Origin: Sphingomonadales bacterium | GTDB lineage: Bacteria > Pseudomonadota > Alphaproteobacteria > Sphingomonadales > Sphingomonadaceae | Direction of reading: 5' to 3' | Assembly: GCA_014763545.1 (NCBI GenBank) | Contig: JACXVD010000007.1 | Location: 815-64,814 of the forward strand | DNA length: 64,000 nucleotides | In this document: one piece after another, positions 39,837 through 51,572 of the stretch | Layout of the letters: each line of letters begins with the position of its first letter | Position numbering within the stretch: the stretch's first letter is position 1 | The notes under the pieces: model-generated | Databases searched by the model: none | Told to the model about the DNA's origin: nothing | The model's input: only the letters and a program-made list of their open reading frames with translations | Position numbers and translations under genes: made by a program

Positions 39837-40508
39837 TTGACCGGGGATCGAACCGCCCGCATGGCACCGGCGATGGCCCCAGATTCCCCCACCGCGCTGC
39901 CCGATCCGAACCGGCGCCTGCGGCGTTACCACGCGCTGAGCGCGGCGGTGTTCGGCGCATTCCTGCTGCTGCATATCGGCAACCACCTGGCGATGTTCGC
40001 CGGGATCGAGCAACACCGCGCGGCGATGCACGCGCTGCGCGCGGTCTATCGCTTCGCCCCGGTGGAAGCGGCGATCATGGCAGCGGCGGCGCTCCAGGTG
40101 GCATCGGGCCTGACGATGGCCTGGCGCCGCTGGCGGACGGGCGCGGGCGAGGGGGTCGCGCGGCTCCAGCTCGCCTCGGGCGTGGTCCTCGCGCTGTTCG
40201 TCGCGATCCATACCAGCGCGGTGTGGACCGGGCGGCTGGCGCTGGGCGTCGACACCGATTTCTATTTCGCCGCGGGCGGTTTCCACGCCGGATACGGCTG
40301 GTTCTTCGGGCCCTATTACGCGCTGGGCGTAACCGCGCTGTTCGTCCACCTCGGTTGCGCGGCATGGTGGCACCTGCCCGCAGGCCGCCGCGGGGCGGTG
40401 CTGGCGCTGGCCGCGCTGGTCGGCGCGCTGCTCGGCGTCGGTTTCGCCGCGACCATGGCGGCGTCCCCGCCTGCCCCTTCTCCCGCCCTGACCGGAGCCA
40501 GGACATGA
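39837..40508 (+). CDS. Hypothetical integral membrane protein (His-rich TM helices)
   Basis: Several TM helices with conserved His residues (LLLHIGNHL, FVAIHTS, FVHLG). The start is uncertain. Confidence 0.5.
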   Translation: MTGDRTARMAPAMAPDSPTALPDPNRRLRRYHALSAAVFGAFLLLHIGNHLAMFAGIEQHRAAMHALRAVYRFAPVEAAIMAAAALQVASGLTMAWRRWRTGAGEGVARLQLASGVVLALFVAIHTSAVWTGRLALGVDTDFYFAAGGFHAGYGWFFGPYYALGVTALFVHLGCAAWWHLPAGRRGAVLALAALVGALLGVGFAATMAASPPAPSPALTGART

Positions 40509-41287
40509 GCCTTGCCGACGATATCGCCCTTGCCAACCGCCTTGCCGAAGCCGCGGGGGCGGCGATCCGCCCCTATTGGCGCGGCAATCTGGGGCTGGAG
40601 AGCAAGTCCGACGAATCGCCGGTGACCCTGGCCGACCGCGCGGCGGAAGAGGCGATGCGCCGCATCCTCACCGCCGAAGCCGGGCGCGACGGGATCCAGG
40701 GCGAGGAATTCGGCATCGAGCGCGAATCCGCCACGCGCCGCTGGGTGCTCGATCCGATCGACGGCACCACCAGCTTCGTCGCCGGGCGGCCGATCTTCGG
40801 CACGCTGATCGCGCTGCTGGAAGACGGCTTCCCCGTGCTCGGGGTGATCGACCAGCCGATCCTGGGCGAGCGCTGGGTCGGCGCGACGGGGCAGGCGACG
40901 ACCTTCAACGGCAGGCCCTGTGCGACCCGCGCCTGCCGCGAATTGTCCGACGCGCTGCTCGCCACCACCAGCCCGAGTCTGTTCGACGATCATTCCGCCG
41001 AACATTTCATGGCGCTGGCGGGCAAGACCGCCCACCGCCGGATGGTGTGGGGCGGCGATTGCTACAATTACGCCCTGCTCGCCAGCGGGCAGATCGACCT
41101 CGTGTGCGAATCGGGGCTGAAGCTGCACGATTTCGCCGCGCTGGTGCCGGTGGTCGAAGGCGCGGGCGGCACGATGGCGGACTGGAACGGCGAACCGCTC
41201 CATGCCGCCAGCGAAGGTCATGTTATTGCGCTGGGCGATCCGGCGCGGCTGGAAGACGTGGTCGAGGCGCTCGCCTGCGGGCATTGA
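40505..41287 (+). CDS. Inositol monophosphatase family protein (possibly histidinol-phosphatase HisN)
   Basis: GEEFG, LDPIDGT and WGGDCY motifs. The ATG overlaps the upstream stop. Confidence 0.8.
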   Translation: MSLADDIALANRLAEAAGAAIRPYWRGNLGLESKSDESPVTLADRAAEEAMRRILTAEAGRDGIQGEEFGIERESATRRWVLDPIDGTTSFVAGRPIFGTLIALLEDGFPVLGVIDQPILGERWVGATGQATTFNGRPCATRACRELSDALLATTSPSLFDDHSAEHFMALAGKTAHRRMVWGGDCYNYALLASGQIDLVCESGLKLHDFAALVPVVEGAGGTMADWNGEPLHAASEGHVIALGDPARLEDVVEALACGH

Positions 41288-41338
41288 GCCACGACCGCAA
41301 AAGCCGGCACAGAAACCGGGCTGGCGCGTTCAGCGACC

Positions 41339-42154
41339 ATGGCAAAGGCGAACACACACGGCGGGCCGGCCCATGCGGCCTCTGCCGAACGTACCATCGC
41401 GATCACCGGCGGCGGCGCAGGGATCGGGCGCGGGATCGCGATGCATTTCCACGGCCTGGGCTGGCGGGTCGCCGCACTCGACCGCGACCGCGACGCGCTC
41501 GACGAACTGGCGGGCGCGCTACCCGAAGAGAGGTTCCTGCCGCTTGCCTGCGATGTCGGTGCGGAGGATCAGGTGCGCAAAGCGTTCGCGGGGCTCGAGG
41601 ACTGGCTGGAAAGCGCGGGGCTGGATTGCCTGGTCAACAACGCCGGCATTGCCGACCCCTATTGCGGCCCGCTCGAGGATCTGGCGCTGGCCGATTGGCA
41701 GCGCTGGATCGATGCGAGCCTGACCGCCGCCTTCCTGTGCAGCCGGGCGAGCGTGACGCTGCTGCGCCAGGCCGCCGCCGCCGGGCGCAGCGCGAGCGTC
41801 GTCAATATGTCGTCCACCCGGGCAGTGATGAGCGAGCCCGAATGTTTCGCCTATGCCGCGGCCAAGGGTGGGCTGGACGCGCTCACCCATGCGTTGGCGG
41901 TCAGCCTCGGGCCGCAGATCCGCGTCAATGCGCTGCGTCCGGGCTGGATCGAAACGGGCCCGTGGCAGAAGGCTGCCGACCGCAGTGAGCCGGACCACAG
42001 CGCGCGGGATCGTGCGCAACACCCCGTCGGCCGGGTCGGTCGGGTCGAGGACATCGCCGAAGCGGTTGCCTGGCTGGCCGATGCCGGTTTCGTCACCGGC
42101 CAGCACATCAATGTCGATGGCGGGATGAGCGTGAAGATGATCTACGCCGACTGA
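41339..42154 (+). CDS. SDR-family oxidoreductase
   Basis: TGGGAGIG cofactor motif, NNAG, and the YAAAK catalytic motif. Confidence 0.85.
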   Translation: MAKANTHGGPAHAASAERTIAITGGGAGIGRGIAMHFHGLGWRVAALDRDRDALDELAGALPEERFLPLACDVGAEDQVRKAFAGLEDWLESAGLDCLVNNAGIADPYCGPLEDLALADWQRWIDASLTAAFLCSRASVTLLRQAAAAGRSASVVNMSSTRAVMSEPECFAYAAAKGGLDALTHALAVSLGPQIRVNALRPGWIETGPWQKAADRSEPDHSARDRAQHPVGRVGRVEDIAEAVAWLADAGFVTGQHINVDGGMSVKMIYAD

Positions 42155-42184
42155 CCCGGCGACCCCGCCACCCCGTTCGCAAAC

Positions 42185-42553
42185 CTATTTGACGATCTTC
42201 TGCCAGACTTCGGAATCGCACATCGACTTGCCCATCGCGCAGCCCTTGATCTTGAGCGAGGTGGCGTCGTTGGTGACGGTGCCGTTGAAGGTCATGAAGC
42301 CGGGCATGCCGGGGTGCTTCATCTTCTTGCCGGTCCAGGCTTCGCCCGATTCGGTCATGCCGTGGCACATCTCGAAATTGGGCTTCGAGCCTTCCATGAT
42401 CCGGCAGTACAGCTTGCCGTCGGTCACCCATACGCGGACAAGGTCGCCGTTCTTGCGCTTGTAATTGCCCGAGGGGTCACCCGCCATGGCGGGCGTTGCC
42501 ATGCCCGCCGCAACCAGCGATGCACACAGCGCGAACCGAAGAATCTTTCCCAT
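42185..42553 (-). CDS. DUF2147-like periplasmic protein
   Basis: Signal peptide and a small beta-rich domain. Start at the internal Met MGKILRF. Confidence 0.65.
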   Translation of the reverse strand: MGKILRFALCASLVAAGMATPAMAGDPSGNYKRKNGDLVRVWVTDGKLYCRIMEGSKPNFEMCHGMTESGEAWTGKKMKHPGMPGFMTFNGTVTNDATSLKIKGCAMGKSMCDSEVWQKIVK

Positions 42554-42639
42554 CAACCTCTCCTCTCCTTCATTATGTGCGAATATTAGCATGTTCTTGA
42601 AAGGAGTCGAGCGAGGTGGCGGGCAGCAAGGACGGGTGC

Positions 42640-43062
42640 ATGAAATTGTTCTTCTACGGCGTGCTGATGGGCGAGGTCGCGCCGCCGCGCGTGCAGGCGA
42701 TGCTGCGCGGCATCGGCCCGGGTGAACCGGCCAGCATGCGCGGGTTGCTCTATGCCGTGGCCGATCCGGAAGGCGCGCATCCCGCGATGATCCCGGGCGA
42801 GGGGGTGGTGCATGGCCGGCTGCACGCGGCGGGCAGAGTCGACCTGGCCGCGCTCGACGCGTTCGAGGGTTACGATCCCGCCAATCCCACCGCGGGAGAA
42901 TACCGCCGCGAAGCGGTGACGGTGCGCTGCGCCGACGGTCGCGAGGCGCAGGCCGAAGCCTATTTCTGGAACCGCCCGGTGGACGAACGGCTCAGCCCGA
43001 TTGCAGGCGGCGATTTCGCCGCGTGGCTGGCGGAAAGCGGATTGCGGCCCATCGGCAGCTGA
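42640..43062 (+). CDS. Gamma-glutamylcyclotransferase (AIG2/GGACT-like) family protein
   Basis: N-terminal LFFYGVLM (YGxL-type) motif and a conserved E in the FEGY region. Confidence 0.65.
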   Translation: MKLFFYGVLMGEVAPPRVQAMLRGIGPGEPASMRGLLYAVADPEGAHPAMIPGEGVVHGRLHAAGRVDLAALDAFEGYDPANPTAGEYRREAVTVRCADGREAQAEAYFWNRPVDERLSPIAGGDFAAWLAESGLRPIGS

Positions 43063-43080
43063 ACGCCGTCCCTCAAGGGT

Positions 43081-45252
43081 TCAGAAAATCCCGAGGAATT
43101 TCTTGCGCTGCTTGGCCTTGTCCTCGCTCGACTGCTTGCCGCTCTCGCTCTTGCCGGTGGTGCCGTTGCCGACATCGTCGCGCGGCTTGCCCTTGGTGGT
43201 GCGCATCGCCTTGGCGTTGGCCCCGGCGAGCACCGGGCCGCACGCCGCAGCCTTGGCATCGCCCGGGTCGACGAAGGCCAGCACGCCCGCGACCGGCGAG
43301 GCAAAGATGCCCAGGCCCAGCCCGGCACCCGCGCGGGCGACCAGCTCGCCGCTGATCGGGTCGATTGTCGGCGCCGCGAAATAGCCGCCCACGCCGATCG
43401 GCGACTGGCCGGAAAACAGGCTGAAGGTCTTGGCATCGGCGCGCACCGCCATGTCGATCGCCTCGCTCTTGAAGCTGAACCCGCCGCGGCCGAGCATCAC
43501 ATTCTTGCTGGTGTCGATCAGGATCGGATCGGCCGCCGCCACCCCGTCGCGCACGGTGAAGGCGATCAGCCCGCAATTGATCTCCACCGGCTTCTTCAGT
43601 TTCTTCTCGAACATCTTTTGCACGAAGGTGCCGATGTCGAGTTCGGCCAGCTGGACGTTGCGTGTCCAGAAAGTGCCCTTGGGCATGATGAACACCATCC
43701 GACCGGTCGAATGCGCCAGGCTCTGGCGCACGCTGTCACCCGTCCCGCTCATCCGGATGCGCGCCGAGATCGTGCCGGTGGTGCCCGATTCCTCGGTCCC
43801 GAAACGTGCCAGCAGCTTGCCCATCGGCGTGGGCGACAGGCGGATGTCGTAATCGGTCTTGACCACCGGGCTGCGCGCATCGAGCGTGATGTCGGCGGCC
43901 AGCTTGCCGCCTGCGAGATTGGCGGTCAGCGGCTCGAGCTTGAGCAGCGAATGGTCGAGGCTCAATGTCAGGTCGATGGCGCTGAGCGGGAAGCTCTCCG
44001 CCCGCACGCGCGCGACCCGATAATGCACATTGGCGTCCATCCGCCCGATCGCATCCATCCGCAGCGGCGCATCGGGCAGGATCCGCGGGTGGCCGTTGAC
44101 CTGCTGGATCGCACCCTTTGCGCCCATCGCTTCGAGCCGGTCGGGATCATAGCCGATGAACGGCCCGATATCGACGATGTCGAGCGAGCGCGTGGACAGG
44201 TCGGCATCGAGCTTGATCCGCTGTTCGGGCATGGCGATCGTCAGCGATCCGGCAAGGTCGCTGTCGCCGAACTGACCGGTCAGCTCGGTGAATTTCCACG
44301 CCTCGTCGGCATAGGTCAGTTTCGACCGGAGATTGTAGGCGCGGGTATTGGGCACGGCGACGCCCAGCGCGTCGAACAGATTGGCGATGTTGAACCCGCG
44401 CACCTTGAACAGCAGGTCCGCCCCTTCGATCTGCGTCGCCCCGGGCAGCGTGCCGCTGACATCCATCACCGTGCGCGCGGCTTCGGCATGGAGCGCCAGC
44501 TTGTTGCGCCCGCCCGCAACCGTCTCGTTGGGGCTCATCAGGCTGCCCGACAGGGTGAACGGGCGCTGGCGGATGGTCCCGCCGCCGCTGAAGCGAATGT
44601 CGCTGTCGAACGCCGTGTCCTTCGCCTTGACCGTTTCGATCGCGATATTCGCCGCGAGCAGCAGCTTGGGATCGATATAGCTCACTGTGGTTCCGCTGAT
44701 CGTCCCGCGCTCGATGTCGGGCAGCGCGATCTGCGCCGGGGGCGCGTCGGGGTCGCCGAAGGTCCAGCTGTTGTGCTCGCTCCTGGCATCCCATTCGAGC
44801 GCGAGCTTGCCGTCCTGCAGGTCCAGACGCTTGATCCGGCGCTGGCCGAAGATCAGCGGCAGCGTCCTGATTCGCGTGTCGACCAGCGTCGCGCTGAAGA
44901 AGTCCTTGTCCTTCGCCCAGGCGGGATTGGCGATGCGCAATTGCTCGGCGCGGAATTTAACGTTGAACGGCGCGAAATAGAGATTGAAGTCGCCGCCCAC
45001 CGTCACCTCGCGTTCGAGCGTGGAGGAGGCGATCGATTCGAACGGGTGTTTGAGGAACCGCCCCTTGGTCACGAACAGCACCAGCCAGGCAAGGAACAGC
45101 GCCAGCAGCACCAGCACCACCGTGCGGATGGCGATGCGCAGCGGGCGGGGGCGACCTTCCAGCCAGTGCGGCGTCCATGCGCGCTGCCCGATCGCGCGGG
45201 CCCGGGCGAGAAAGGGGCCGTGACGGGAGAGCGGATGGGTGGCGGTCGACAT
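43081..45252 (-). CDS. AsmA-family protein
   Basis: N-terminal TM anchor and a long beta-rich periplasmic region with AsmA-like N- and C-terminal segments. Confidence 0.75.
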   Translation of the reverse strand: MSTATHPLSRHGPFLARARAIGQRAWTPHWLEGRPRPLRIAIRTVVLVLLALFLAWLVLFVTKGRFLKHPFESIASSTLEREVTVGGDFNLYFAPFNVKFRAEQLRIANPAWAKDKDFFSATLVDTRIRTLPLIFGQRRIKRLDLQDGKLALEWDARSEHNSWTFGDPDAPPAQIALPDIERGTISGTTVSYIDPKLLLAANIAIETVKAKDTAFDSDIRFSGGGTIRQRPFTLSGSLMSPNETVAGGRNKLALHAEAARTVMDVSGTLPGATQIEGADLLFKVRGFNIANLFDALGVAVPNTRAYNLRSKLTYADEAWKFTELTGQFGDSDLAGSLTIAMPEQRIKLDADLSTRSLDIVDIGPFIGYDPDRLEAMGAKGAIQQVNGHPRILPDAPLRMDAIGRMDANVHYRVARVRAESFPLSAIDLTLSLDHSLLKLEPLTANLAGGKLAADITLDARSPVVKTDYDIRLSPTPMGKLLARFGTEESGTTGTISARIRMSGTGDSVRQSLAHSTGRMVFIMPKGTFWTRNVQLAELDIGTFVQKMFEKKLKKPVEINCGLIAFTVRDGVAAADPILIDTSKNVMLGRGGFSFKSEAIDMAVRADAKTFSLFSGQSPIGVGGYFAAPTIDPISGELVARAGAGLGLGIFASPVAGVLAFVDPGDAKAAACGPVLAGANAKAMRTTKGKPRDDVGNGTTGKSESGKQSSEDKAKQRKKFLGIF

Positions 45253-45416
45253 TGCAGGAGAAACGCCCGCTGCATTGCGCGGGTTCCGCGCGAAAAGCTT
45301 GCATCGCGTGCCGCCCGGCGTTAAGGGCGCGCGCTTCACAGACACGGAATCAAAAGCCGGCCTGGCTGAAAGGGCTGCCAGGGCTGGTTTCACGTGTCCC
45401 TGAAAAGGAGACGAAA

Positions 45417-45620
45417 ATGCCCAAGATGAAGACCAAGAGCGGCGTGAAGAAGCGCTTCAAGCTCACCGCCACCGGCAAGGTCAAGCATGGCGTGGCCGGC
45501 AAGCGCCACCGCCTGATCAGCCACAATGCGAAGTATATCCGCTCCAACCGCGGCACCTCGGTCCTGTCCGAATCGGACTGGAAAGCGGTGAAGAAGTGGG
45601 CCCCCTACGGGCTGGATTGA
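45417..45620 (+). CDS. rpmI: 50S ribosomal protein L35
   Basis: [23 protein letters not shown]; aaggag SD upstream. Confidence 0.95.
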   Translation: MPKMKTKSGVKKRFKLTATGKVKHGVAGKRHRLISHNAKYIRSNRGTSVLSESDWKAVKKWAPYGLD

Positions 45621-45724
45621 TTCGACGGGCGGCTCCAGCCCGCTCTCCAGTCCTCAAGCAGCGATGCGATAGGACATTAGGGGAGCGGAGCGGGCCGGAA
45701 CCGAATCCTTGAAAGGAACAAGAT

Positions 45725-46081
45725 ATGCCTCGCATCAAACGCGGTGTTACCACCCGCGCCAAGCACAAGCGGATTCTCGACCAGGCCAAGGGCTATCGCG
45801 GTCGCCGCAAGAACACCATCCGCGTCGCGCGCCAGGCCGTCGAAAAGGCCGGCCAGTACGCCTATCGCGACCGCAAGGTTAAGAAGCGCAGCTTCCGCGC
45901 CCTGTGGATCCAGCGCATCAACGCCGCGGTTCGCGCCGAAGGCCTCACCTATTCGCAGTTCATGAACGGTGCGAAGAAGGCCGGGATCGAGCTCGACCGC
46001 AAGGTGATGGCCGATCTGGCGATGAATGAAGGCGCGGCCTTCAAGTCGATCATCGCCCAGGCGAAACAGGCACTGGCCTGA
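45725..46081 (+). CDS. rplT: 50S ribosomal protein L20
   Basis: [18 protein letters not shown]... canonical L20. Confidence 0.95.
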   Translation: MPRIKRGVTTRAKHKRILDQAKGYRGRRKNTIRVARQAVEKAGQYAYRDRKVKKRSFRALWIQRINAAVRAEGLTYSQFMNGAKKAGIELDRKVMADLAMNEGAAFKSIIAQAKQALA

Positions 46082-46134
46082 CCAAATAAGGGGATGCCAG
46101 CCAAGCGGCTGTCATCTTTATGAAAATTACAAGA

Positions 46135-46167
46135 GGGCGTCGCGGAAAAGCTCCGCGGCGCCCTTTT
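46135..46167 (+). terminator. Rho-independent terminator after rplT
   Basis: 11-bp stem gggcgtcgcgg/ccgcggcgccc (one G-U), 7-nt loop, then tttt. Confidence 0.6.
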
Positions 46168-46255
46168 GCTTGTCGTATTGCTACAAATTGCAATTGACTC
46201 GCATTCCCCCTTCATTACGGACAGCGACCAAGCAGACGGGGGTCGCGATTGGGAC

Positions 46256-47125
46256 ATGGGGCAGCAATGCCACATCGATGTGCGTTTTTTCGGCCCGCCG
46301 GTCGATCTGGAGGGGTGTTTCACCACCTTCTACCGGATGGACATGGCGGTCGAAGGGGGTGAGCGCGTCACCGACTTCCTCCAGCCCGAATGGGCCAATT
46401 TGCGGTTTTTTTCGAGCAATGCACCCCGCGCCGAAGTGCCCGGCGTTGCCCGGGTCGAAAACGCGCTGCTGACGGTGACCGGGCCCAGCTCGCTGCCGGG
46501 CAAGTTCGAACTGGGTACCACCCGCATGTGGGGGATTGGCCTGTTCCCGCTGGGCTGGGCACGATTCATCGACCTGCCGGCTTCGGATTATGCCAACCAC
46601 GTCTTCGACGGGGCGCTAAGCCCGGTCTTCGCGCCCTTCGCTGAACTGGGCGAGCGGCTGTTCGCCGGCGAGCCGGATGACGAGGCCGAATTCCAGACGA
46701 TCATCGCCTTCTTCCGTGCCCGCATGCGCGACGTGCGCGAGGAAGCGCGCATCCGCGCGGTGCATGCGGCGATCGTCGATACCGAGATGAGCACGGTGGT
46801 CGAACTGGCCGAACGCTCCGGGCTCAGCACCCGCTCGCTCGAGCGCTTGTGCCGCCGCCACTTCGGCTTCCCGCCCAAGCTGCTGCTGCGCCGCCAGCGT
46901 TTCATGCGCAGCCTGGCTGCCTTCATGCTGGCCGAAGGGCGCAACTGGAGCGAGGTGATCGACCGCCACTATCACGACCAGGCCCATTTCGTGCGCGAGT
47001 TCGTGGATTTCATGACCATGACGCCCACCGAATATGCGGCCCTGCCGCATCCGGTGCTCGCTGCCTTCATGGCCGAGCGCAAGCGCATCTGGGGATCGCC
47101 CGCGCAGACGCTCGACCAGCCGTAG
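46256..47125 (+). CDS. AraC-family transcriptional regulator
   Basis: C-terminal double HTH ([14 protein letters not shown] ... [19 protein letters not shown]). Confidence 0.8.
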   Translation: MGQQCHIDVRFFGPPVDLEGCFTTFYRMDMAVEGGERVTDFLQPEWANLRFFSSNAPRAEVPGVARVENALLTVTGPSSLPGKFELGTTRMWGIGLFPLGWARFIDLPASDYANHVFDGALSPVFAPFAELGERLFAGEPDDEAEFQTIIAFFRARMRDVREEARIRAVHAAIVDTEMSTVVELAERSGLSTRSLERLCRRHFGFPPKLLLRRQRFMRSLAAFMLAEGRNWSEVIDRHYHDQAHFVREFVDFMTMTPTEYAALPHPVLAAFMAERKRIWGSPAQTLDQP

Positions 47126-47249
47126 CGCGGCTCGCCTGTACGCGGGGTCGCGGCAGGCGGAATTCAGGGCTTGGGCCGCCGGGCATTGGCCGCTAGGGAG
47201 CCTCTCCACATTGAGAGCGCGGCATGCAGCCACGCGACGGAGACGCGAA

Positions 47250-48398
47250 GTGACTATCGAGAGCCTGGGCAGCGAAGCGCTGGACCGCATCGCCGCTGCC
47301 GGTGACGCCGCCACGCTGGAGGCGCTGCGGGTCGAATATCTCGGCAAGCAGGGGTCGATCTCGTCCCTGCTCAAGACGCTGGGCAAGATGAGCCCGGAGG
47401 AACGCCAGGCCGAAGGTCCGAAAATCCACGCCCTGCGCCAGGATGTGACCGACGCGCTCGCCGCGCGCAAGGATGCGATCGACAGCGCCGCGCTCGAAGC
47501 CCGCCTCGCCGCCGAAACGCTCGACCTCACCCTGCCCGCGCCCGCCGCGCCCAAGGGCAGCGTGCACCCGGTGAGCCAGGTGATGGACGAGCTGGCCGAA
47601 ATCTTCGCCGACATGGGGTTCGCCGTGGCGACCGGGCCGGAGATCGAGGACGACTGGCATAATTTCACTGCGCTTAACATGGCCGAAACCCACCCGGCGC
47701 GCGCGATGCACGACACGTTCTATTTCCCCGACGTGATCGACGGCGAAGGGCACACCGCCTCAAGCAGCGAAGCGGTAGGCGAGAAAAAACGCATGCTGCT
47801 GCGTACGCATACGTCGCCGGTCCAGATCCGCTCGATGATCGCACAGGGTGCGCCGATCCGCATCATTGCGCCGGGGCGGGTCTATCGCAGCGACAGCGAC
47901 GCGACCCACACGCCGATGTTCCACCAGGTGGAAGGGCTGGTGATCGACAAGGGCATCCACCTCGGCCACCTCAAATGGACGCTGGAAACCTTCCTCAAGG
48001 CCTTTTTCGAGCGCGACGATATCGTGCTGCGGCTGCGCCCATCCTATTTCCCCTTCACAGAACCTTCGGTGGAGGTCGATGTCGGCTGGCAATCGGTGAA
48101 CGGGCGGCGCGTGCTGGGCGGGGACGGCGATGCGCCCGGCCACGGCTGGATGGAGCTGCTCGGCAGCGGCATGGTCAATGCCCGCGTGCTCGAGTTCGCC
48201 GGGCTCGATCCCGCCGAATGGCAAGGCTTCGCCTTCGGCATCGGGGTCGATCGCATCGCGATGCTCAAATACGGGATGGACGATTTGCGCGCCTTCTTCG
48301 ACGGCGACATTCGCTGGCTGCGCCACTACGGATTCTCGGCCTTCGACCAGCCGACGCTGTCCGCAGGCGTCGGCGCCAAGGGAGGTATGGGCGCATGA
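47250..48398 (+). CDS. pheS: Phenylalanine--tRNA ligase alpha subunit
   Basis: Class II aaRS motifs ([33 protein letters not shown]). GTG start inferred. Confidence 0.9.
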   Translation: MTIESLGSEALDRIAAAGDAATLEALRVEYLGKQGSISSLLKTLGKMSPEERQAEGPKIHALRQDVTDALAARKDAIDSAALEARLAAETLDLTLPAPAAPKGSVHPVSQVMDELAEIFADMGFAVATGPEIEDDWHNFTALNMAETHPARAMHDTFYFPDVIDGEGHTASSSEAVGEKKRMLLRTHTSPVQIRSMIAQGAPIRIIAPGRVYRSDSDATHTPMFHQVEGLVIDKGIHLGHLKWTLETFLKAFFERDDIVLRLRPSYFPFTEPSVEVDVGWQSVNGRRVLGGDGDAPGHGWMELLGSGMVNARVLEFAGLDPAEWQGFAFGIGVDRIAMLKYGMDDLRAFFDGDIRWLRHYGFSAFDQPTLSAGVGAKGGMGA

Positions 48399-50821
48399 AA
48401 TTCTCGCTCGAATGGCTGCGCTATTTCCTCGACACCGAAGCCTCTGCCGCAGAGATTTCGGCGAAGCTCAACGCCATCGGTATCGAGGTGGAGGGGATCG
48501 AGGACCCGGCGGACAAGCTCGCCGGTTTCCGCATTGCCCATGTCCTCACCGCCGCCCGCCACCCGGATGCCGACAAGCTGCAGGTGCTGACCGTCGATGC
48601 CGGTGACGACATCAACGGGGGCCAGCCGCTGCAGGTGGTCTGCGGTGCGCCCAATGCGCGCGCGGGGATGAAGGGCGTGCTCGGCCTGCCCGGCGCGGTG
48701 GTGCCCGCCAACGGCATGGAATTGCGCAAGAGCGCGATCCGCGGCGTCGAATCGAACGGGATGATGTGCTCGACCCGCGAGCTGGAGCTGGGCGACGATC
48801 ACGACGGGATCATCGAATTGCCCGGCGATGCTCCGGTCGGCGCCGGCTTTGCCGCCTATCACGGCGCCTCGCCGGTGTTCGATGTGGCGATCACCCCCAA
48901 TCGCCCCGATTGCATGGGCGTGCAGGGCATCGCCCGCGACCTGGCGGCGGCGGGCATCGGCAGCTTCAAACCCTTCGTGCAGGAACCGGTCACAGGCAGC
49001 TTCCCCTGCCCGGTGGAAATCCGCACCGACGATCCCGCAGGGTGCCCGGCCTTCTATGGCCGCGTGATCCGCGGCGTGCGCAACGGGGCCTCGCCCGAAT
49101 GGATGCAGGCGCGGCTGATCGCGGCGGGCCAGCGACCGATCTCGGCGCTGGTCGACATCACCAATTACGTGATGCTGGCCTTCGGTCGCCCGGCCCACGC
49201 CTATGACCTCGCCAAGCTGACCGGCGCGGTCTTCGCGCGGCGTGCGCAGGATGGCGAACAGGTGCTGGCACTCAACGAGAAGAGCTACACGCTCGATTCC
49301 TCGATGACCGTGATCGCCGACGATGCGGGCGTGCATGACATTGCCGGGATCATGGGCGGCGAACATTCGGGCTGCTCGGAAGAGACGACCGACGTGCTGC
49401 TCGAAGTCGCCTATTTCGATCCCGAACGGATCGGCGCGACCGGCCGCGCGCTGGGGTTGAGTTCGGATGCGCGCACGCGCTTCGAACGCGGGGTCGATCC
49501 TGCCTTCCTCGACACCGGGCTCGACATCCTCAGCGCGCTGATCCTGAAGATCTGCGGCGGCGAGGCGTCGGAGGTGGTGCGCGCCGGTTCGCCGCCGAGC
49601 GTGCCGAAGATCGTGGCTTACGATCCCGCGCTGGCCGAACGGCTGGGCGGCGTCGCGATTCCCGAGGCGCAGCAGCGCGCAACGCTGGCGGCGCTGGATT
49701 TCGCGGTCGCCGACGACTGGACCGTCACCGTGCCGCTGCGCCGCCACGATGTCGAAGGCCCGGCCGATATCGTCGAGGAAGTGGTCCGCATCCACGGGCT
49801 CGACAATATCGCCAGCGTGCCGCTGCCGCGCCCGGCGGGCGTCGCCGCGCCCACCGCCACGGCTGCGCAGGTGCAGGAACGCCGCCTGCGCCGCGCTGCC
49901 GCCGCGCTGGGGCTGAACGAGGCGGTGACATGGTCCTTCCTGCCGACCGCCGCTGCCGCGCATTTTGCGGTCGACGGCCAGCAATTGTGGACGCTCGAAA
50001 ACCCGATCAGCGAAGATATGAAGGCAATGCGCCCTTCGCTGCTGCCGGGCCTGCTGATGGCGGCCAAGCGCAATGAAGATCGCGGCGCGGCCAGCGCCCG
50101 GCTGTTCGAAATCGGGCGGCGCTATTTCCGCAAGGCCGACGGGTCGAGCGACGAGAAGCCGACCTTCGGCGCCCTGCTGGCGGGCGAAAAGCTGCCGCGC
50201 GGCTGGGCCACCGGCAAGCCGCAGGCGTTCGACGCCTATGATGCCAAGGCGCTGGCAGAGGCCCTGCTGGCCGAAGCGGGCGCCCCGGTCGGGAACCTGA
50301 TGGTGATGGGCCCGGACGGCATGGGGCCGGGCGCGCAGTTCCACCCTGGCCAGTCCGCCACGCTGCGGCTCGGGCCGAAGAATGTGCTCGCCCGCTTCGG
50401 CACGCTGCACCCGCGTACGCTGGCGGCGTTCGATATCGACGGGCCGGTGATGGCGGTCGAGCTTTTCCTCGACGCGATCCCGGCCCCGAAGAAGGCAGCG
50501 CAGGGGGGCGGCTTCGCCCGCCCGGCCTATGCCCCGCCCGCACTGCAAAGCGTGGCGCGCGACTTCGCCTTCCTGGTCGATGCCGCACTGCCCGCCGGCG
50601 ATCTGCTGCGCGCGGTGAAGGGGGCGGACAAGGCCAATATCGTCGATGCTCGCATCTTCGACGATTTCCGCGGTGCAGGCGTGCCGGAAGGCAGGAAATC
50701 GCTGGCGGTCGAGGTCACGCTGCAGCCGGGCGAGAAGAGCTACACCGACGAGGAGATCAAGGCGATCTCGGGCAAGGTGGTGGCCGCAGCGCAAAAACTG
50801 GGTGCGGAGCTACGCGGATGA
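48395..50821 (+). CDS. pheT: Phenylalanine--tRNA ligase beta subunit
   Basis: MKFSLEWL N-terminus with tRNA-binding, B3/4, B5 and FDX-ACB regions. ATGA overlap with pheS. Confidence 0.95.
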   Translation: MKFSLEWLRYFLDTEASAAEISAKLNAIGIEVEGIEDPADKLAGFRIAHVLTAARHPDADKLQVLTVDAGDDINGGQPLQVVCGAPNARAGMKGVLGLPGAVVPANGMELRKSAIRGVESNGMMCSTRELELGDDHDGIIELPGDAPVGAGFAAYHGASPVFDVAITPNRPDCMGVQGIARDLAAAGIGSFKPFVQEPVTGSFPCPVEIRTDDPAGCPAFYGRVIRGVRNGASPEWMQARLIAAGQRPISALVDITNYVMLAFGRPAHAYDLAKLTGAVFARRAQDGEQVLALNEKSYTLDSSMTVIADDAGVHDIAGIMGGEHSGCSEETTDVLLEVAYFDPERIGATGRALGLSSDARTRFERGVDPAFLDTGLDILSALILKICGGEASEVVRAGSPPSVPKIVAYDPALAERLGGVAIPEAQQRATLAALDFAVADDWTVTVPLRRHDVEGPADIVEEVVRIHGLDNIASVPLPRPAGVAAPTATAAQVQERRLRRAAAALGLNEAVTWSFLPTAAAAHFAVDGQQLWTLENPISEDMKAMRPSLLPGLLMAAKRNEDRGAASARLFEIGRRYFRKADGSSDEKPTFGALLAGEKLPRGWATGKPQAFDAYDAKALAEALLAEAGAPVGNLMVMGPDGMGPGAQFHPGQSATLRLGPKNVLARFGTLHPRTLAAFDIDGPVMAVELFLDAIPAPKKAAQGGGFARPAYAPPALQSVARDFAFLVDAALPAGDLLRAVKGADKANIVDARIFDDFRGAGVPEGRKSLAVEVTLQPGEKSYTDEEIKAISGKVVAAAQKLGAELRG

Positions 50822-51570
50822 ACAGGACGGCATTTGTAACCGGCGCGACATCGGGCATTGGCGAAGCGACCGTGCGCACGCTGGTCGCCAGTGGATGGCG
50901 CTGCGTGGCGACCGGGCGGCGGCAGGAACGGCTCGACGCGCTGGTCGCGGAACTGGGGGCGGACAAGGTCCATGCTGCCTGTTTCGACGTGCGCGATACC
51001 GCCGCGCTGGACGAGGCCATCGCGAACCTGCCCGCGGATTTCGCCGGGATCGACCTGCTGGTGAACAATGCCGGGCTTGCCCGCGGGCTCGAACCCGCGC
51101 AGCAGGCCAGTCTCGACGACTGGCAGACCATGATCGACACCAATGTCACGGCCATGGTGGTGCTGACGCGCAAGCTGCTGCCCGTGCTGATCGAACGCAA
51201 GGGCGCGATCATCGCGCTGGGTTCGGTCGCGGGCAGCTACATCTATCCCGGCGGCAACGTCTATGCCGGGTCCAAGGCCTTCGTGAACCACTTCACGCTG
51301 GCGCTGCGCGCCGATTTGCACGGCACCGGGGTGCGCGTGACCAGCATCGAACCGGGCATGGTCGAAACCGAATTCACGCTGGTGCGCACCGGCAGCCAGC
51401 AGGCCAGCGACGATCTTTATCGCGGGTCCGACCCGATGACCGGGCAGGACATTGCCGACACGATCCGCTGGGTCGCCGAACTGCCGCCGCACCTCAACAT
51501 CAACCGCCTCGAACTGATGCCGGTGAACCAGGATTTCGCCGGCTTCCGGGTGGCGCGCAACCAAGACTGA
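50818..51570 (+). CDS. SDR-family NADP-dependent oxidoreductase (YdfG-like)
   Basis: TGATSGIG, NNAG and YAGSK motifs. Confidence 0.85.
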   Translation: MNRTAFVTGATSGIGEATVRTLVASGWRCVATGRRQERLDALVAELGADKVHAACFDVRDTAALDEAIANLPADFAGIDLLVNNAGLARGLEPAQQASLDDWQTMIDTNVTAMVVLTRKLLPVLIERKGAIIALGSVAGSYIYPGGNVYAGSKAFVNHFTLALRADLHGTGVRVTSIEPGMVETEFTLVRTGSQQASDDLYRGSDPMTGQDIADTIRWVAELPPHLNINRLELMPVNQDFAGFRVARNQD

Positions 51571-51572
51571 CC

